Below are positions 62,644-64,000 of a stretch of 64,000 bases of DNA, piece after piece (position 1 is the first letter of the stretch; each line of letters opens with the position of its first letter). The notes under the pieces were generated by a model. It had not been told where the DNA came from. It saw nothing but the letters and a program-made list of their open reading frames with translations, and did not search any database. This DNA comes from an uncultured delta proteobacterium (lineage in GTDB: Bacteria > Desulfobacterota > Syntrophia > Syntrophales > Smithellaceae), in the NCBI GenBank assembly GCA_963753975.1, contig CAVWEH010000005.1, positions 416,001 to 480,000 of the forward strand, read 5' to 3'. The position numbers and the translations under genes were made by a program.

Positions 62644-62732
62644 ATATAACCCTCGCTACAATATATATTTTCCCCGTTGCATCACGAGTAACGAGGTCTA
62701 AATATTATAGTTACGGAAGAGATATATAAGGT

Positions 62733-64000
62733 ATGAAAATAGCAGAGGAATTCAAGAAATATGCGCGTGATATAAAAATTATCGATAAGGACGAAGAAAG
62801 AGAAATGTATAGTCATGATATCGGCGATGTTCCCGCGATTATGACTAAAACTTTTTTTGAAATTCAACCCGATTTTGTAGTACAGCCGAAGAATGTTGAA
62901 GAAATAAAGAAAATCCTGGACTTTGCCAACGATAAAAAGATGCCGGTTATACCGAGAGGCGCTGCATCATGGGGTTTCGGCGGGGTTATTCCCACAAAAG
63001 CGGGAATTGTAATTGATTTATCGCCATTCCGAAAAATTCTCCATCTCGACAAACCACAAAAGACCATAACCGTTGAAGCGGGGGCTAGATGGAGCGATAT
63101 TGATATTATGGCCAAAAAGGAAGGTCTATGTCTGATGACCTATCCGTCAAGTAAGTTTTCCACTGTTGCTGGCTGGATTGCCACGGGAGGCTACGGCATC
63201 AACAGTTTTCGGTATGGCCACCTGTCCAGTCAGATTGTGTCAATGACAGTCATAATGCCATCCGGTGAATCTAAAAAAATTACCCCGAGCGATCCTGATT
63301 TCACATACTTTGTTTCCACAGAAGGTGTGTTTGGCATTATTGTAGAAGTGAAGCTTAAACTGAGGGATGTTCCCGAGGCCTCTTATCCCCATCTATTTTA
63401 TTTTGAAAGCGACAAAGCTGCTTTTGCTTTTATCGAAAACTTTTTAAGAACCAGGGCGGCGGAGCAATTTAACCCTAATGTAATTCGCTTTCTTGATGAG
63501 AATCACTTAAATGACATAAATGAAATCATGCACTCGAAAGTATTTGAAAAGAAAGCCGGCGTCCTGGTGGAATTAAGTAATTCCAAAGATGATAGGAAAT
63601 TTTCAGAGTTTATTGATAAAGCCGGCAGTATTGAAGAAGCACCTCGCTATGTCGCGAGTTATCTGTGGAATGAACGTCTCTTCGGTATGAAAACAAAGCG
63701 CCTGGGACCGACAATTCTTGCCAGTGAAACTATTATTCCGATTACTTCGGCCGCAGCTTTTATTGAAAAAGCAAAAAGACTGGGTGTCCGCTTCGGCGTG
63801 GAAATATTCATCGATTCTTACATCATCAATGAAAAAATGGCTCTCATCATGACCAATTTTCTTTGTGACTCAAGGAAGCTGAAATATTATATTAATTTAC
63901 CTCTGGCAATGATGCTCACGCAAACAAGTGTTTCTATCGGGGCTGAACCATACGGATTGGGGATCTGGAATGCGCCCTTTATCAATTACCTGTACAACAG
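62733..64000 (+). CDS. FAD-binding oxidoreductase (GlcD/D-lactate dehydrogenase-like), partial
   Basis: Read manually, not in ORF track: PDFVVQP, VIPRGAAS, TVEAGARW, STVAGWIATGG, STEGVFGII; runs off the window. Confidence 0.85.
   Translation, partial: MKIAEEFKKYARDIKIIDKDEEREMYSHDIGDVPAIMTKTFFEIQPDFVVQPKNVEEIKKILDFANDKKMPVIPRGAASWGFGGVIPTKAGIVIDLSPFRKILHLDKPQKTITVEAGARWSDIDIMAKKEGLCLMTYPSSKFSTVAGWIATGGYGINSFRYGHLSSQIVSMTVIMPSGESKKITPSDPDFTYFVSTEGVFGIIVEVKLKLRDVPEASYPHLFYFESDKAAFAFIENFLRTRAAEQFNPNVIRFLDENHLNDINEIMHSKVFEKKAGVLVELSNSKDDRKFSEFIDKAGSIEEAPRYVASYLWNERLFGMKTKRLGPTILASETIIPITSAAAFIEKAKRLGVRFGVEIFIDSYIINEKMALIMTNFLCDSRKLKYYINLPLAMMLTQTSVSIGAEPYGLGIWNAPFINYLYN

Overview
Mostly core-genome, moderate-GC bacterial DNA. 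The gene content (Hsp20-Lon, GSIII glutamine synthetase, split ADP-forming acyl-CoA ligase, sigma54 promoters, TonB receptor) suggests an anaerobic deltaproteobacterium such as a Syntrophales member; this is inference only. Housekeeping genes include lon, typA, prfC, queF, nth, secG, tRNA-Leu(GAG), dapF and a glnA/carA-guaA-carB-purF block. The window also holds an MrfA/MrfB-like helicase-nuclease pair and B12/biotin uptake genes with a cobalamin riboswitch. The main biosynthetic candidate is a compact aryl-polyene/flexirubin-like type II fatty-acid cluster (23.5-31.7 kb); an O2-type membrane desaturase lies separately at 13.6-14.6 kb. Intergenic DNA carries several structured repeat families: a modular hairpin with covarying stems at two loci, a ~110-bp element after three consecutive genes, direct repeats around an AT-rich DUF71 pair, an orphan attC-like site and MITE/REP-like palindromes. 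At least six genes have single-base frameshifts, most consistent with long-read assembly errors. I found no CRISPR array, integrase or transposase. All product calls come from motif recognition, not database searches.
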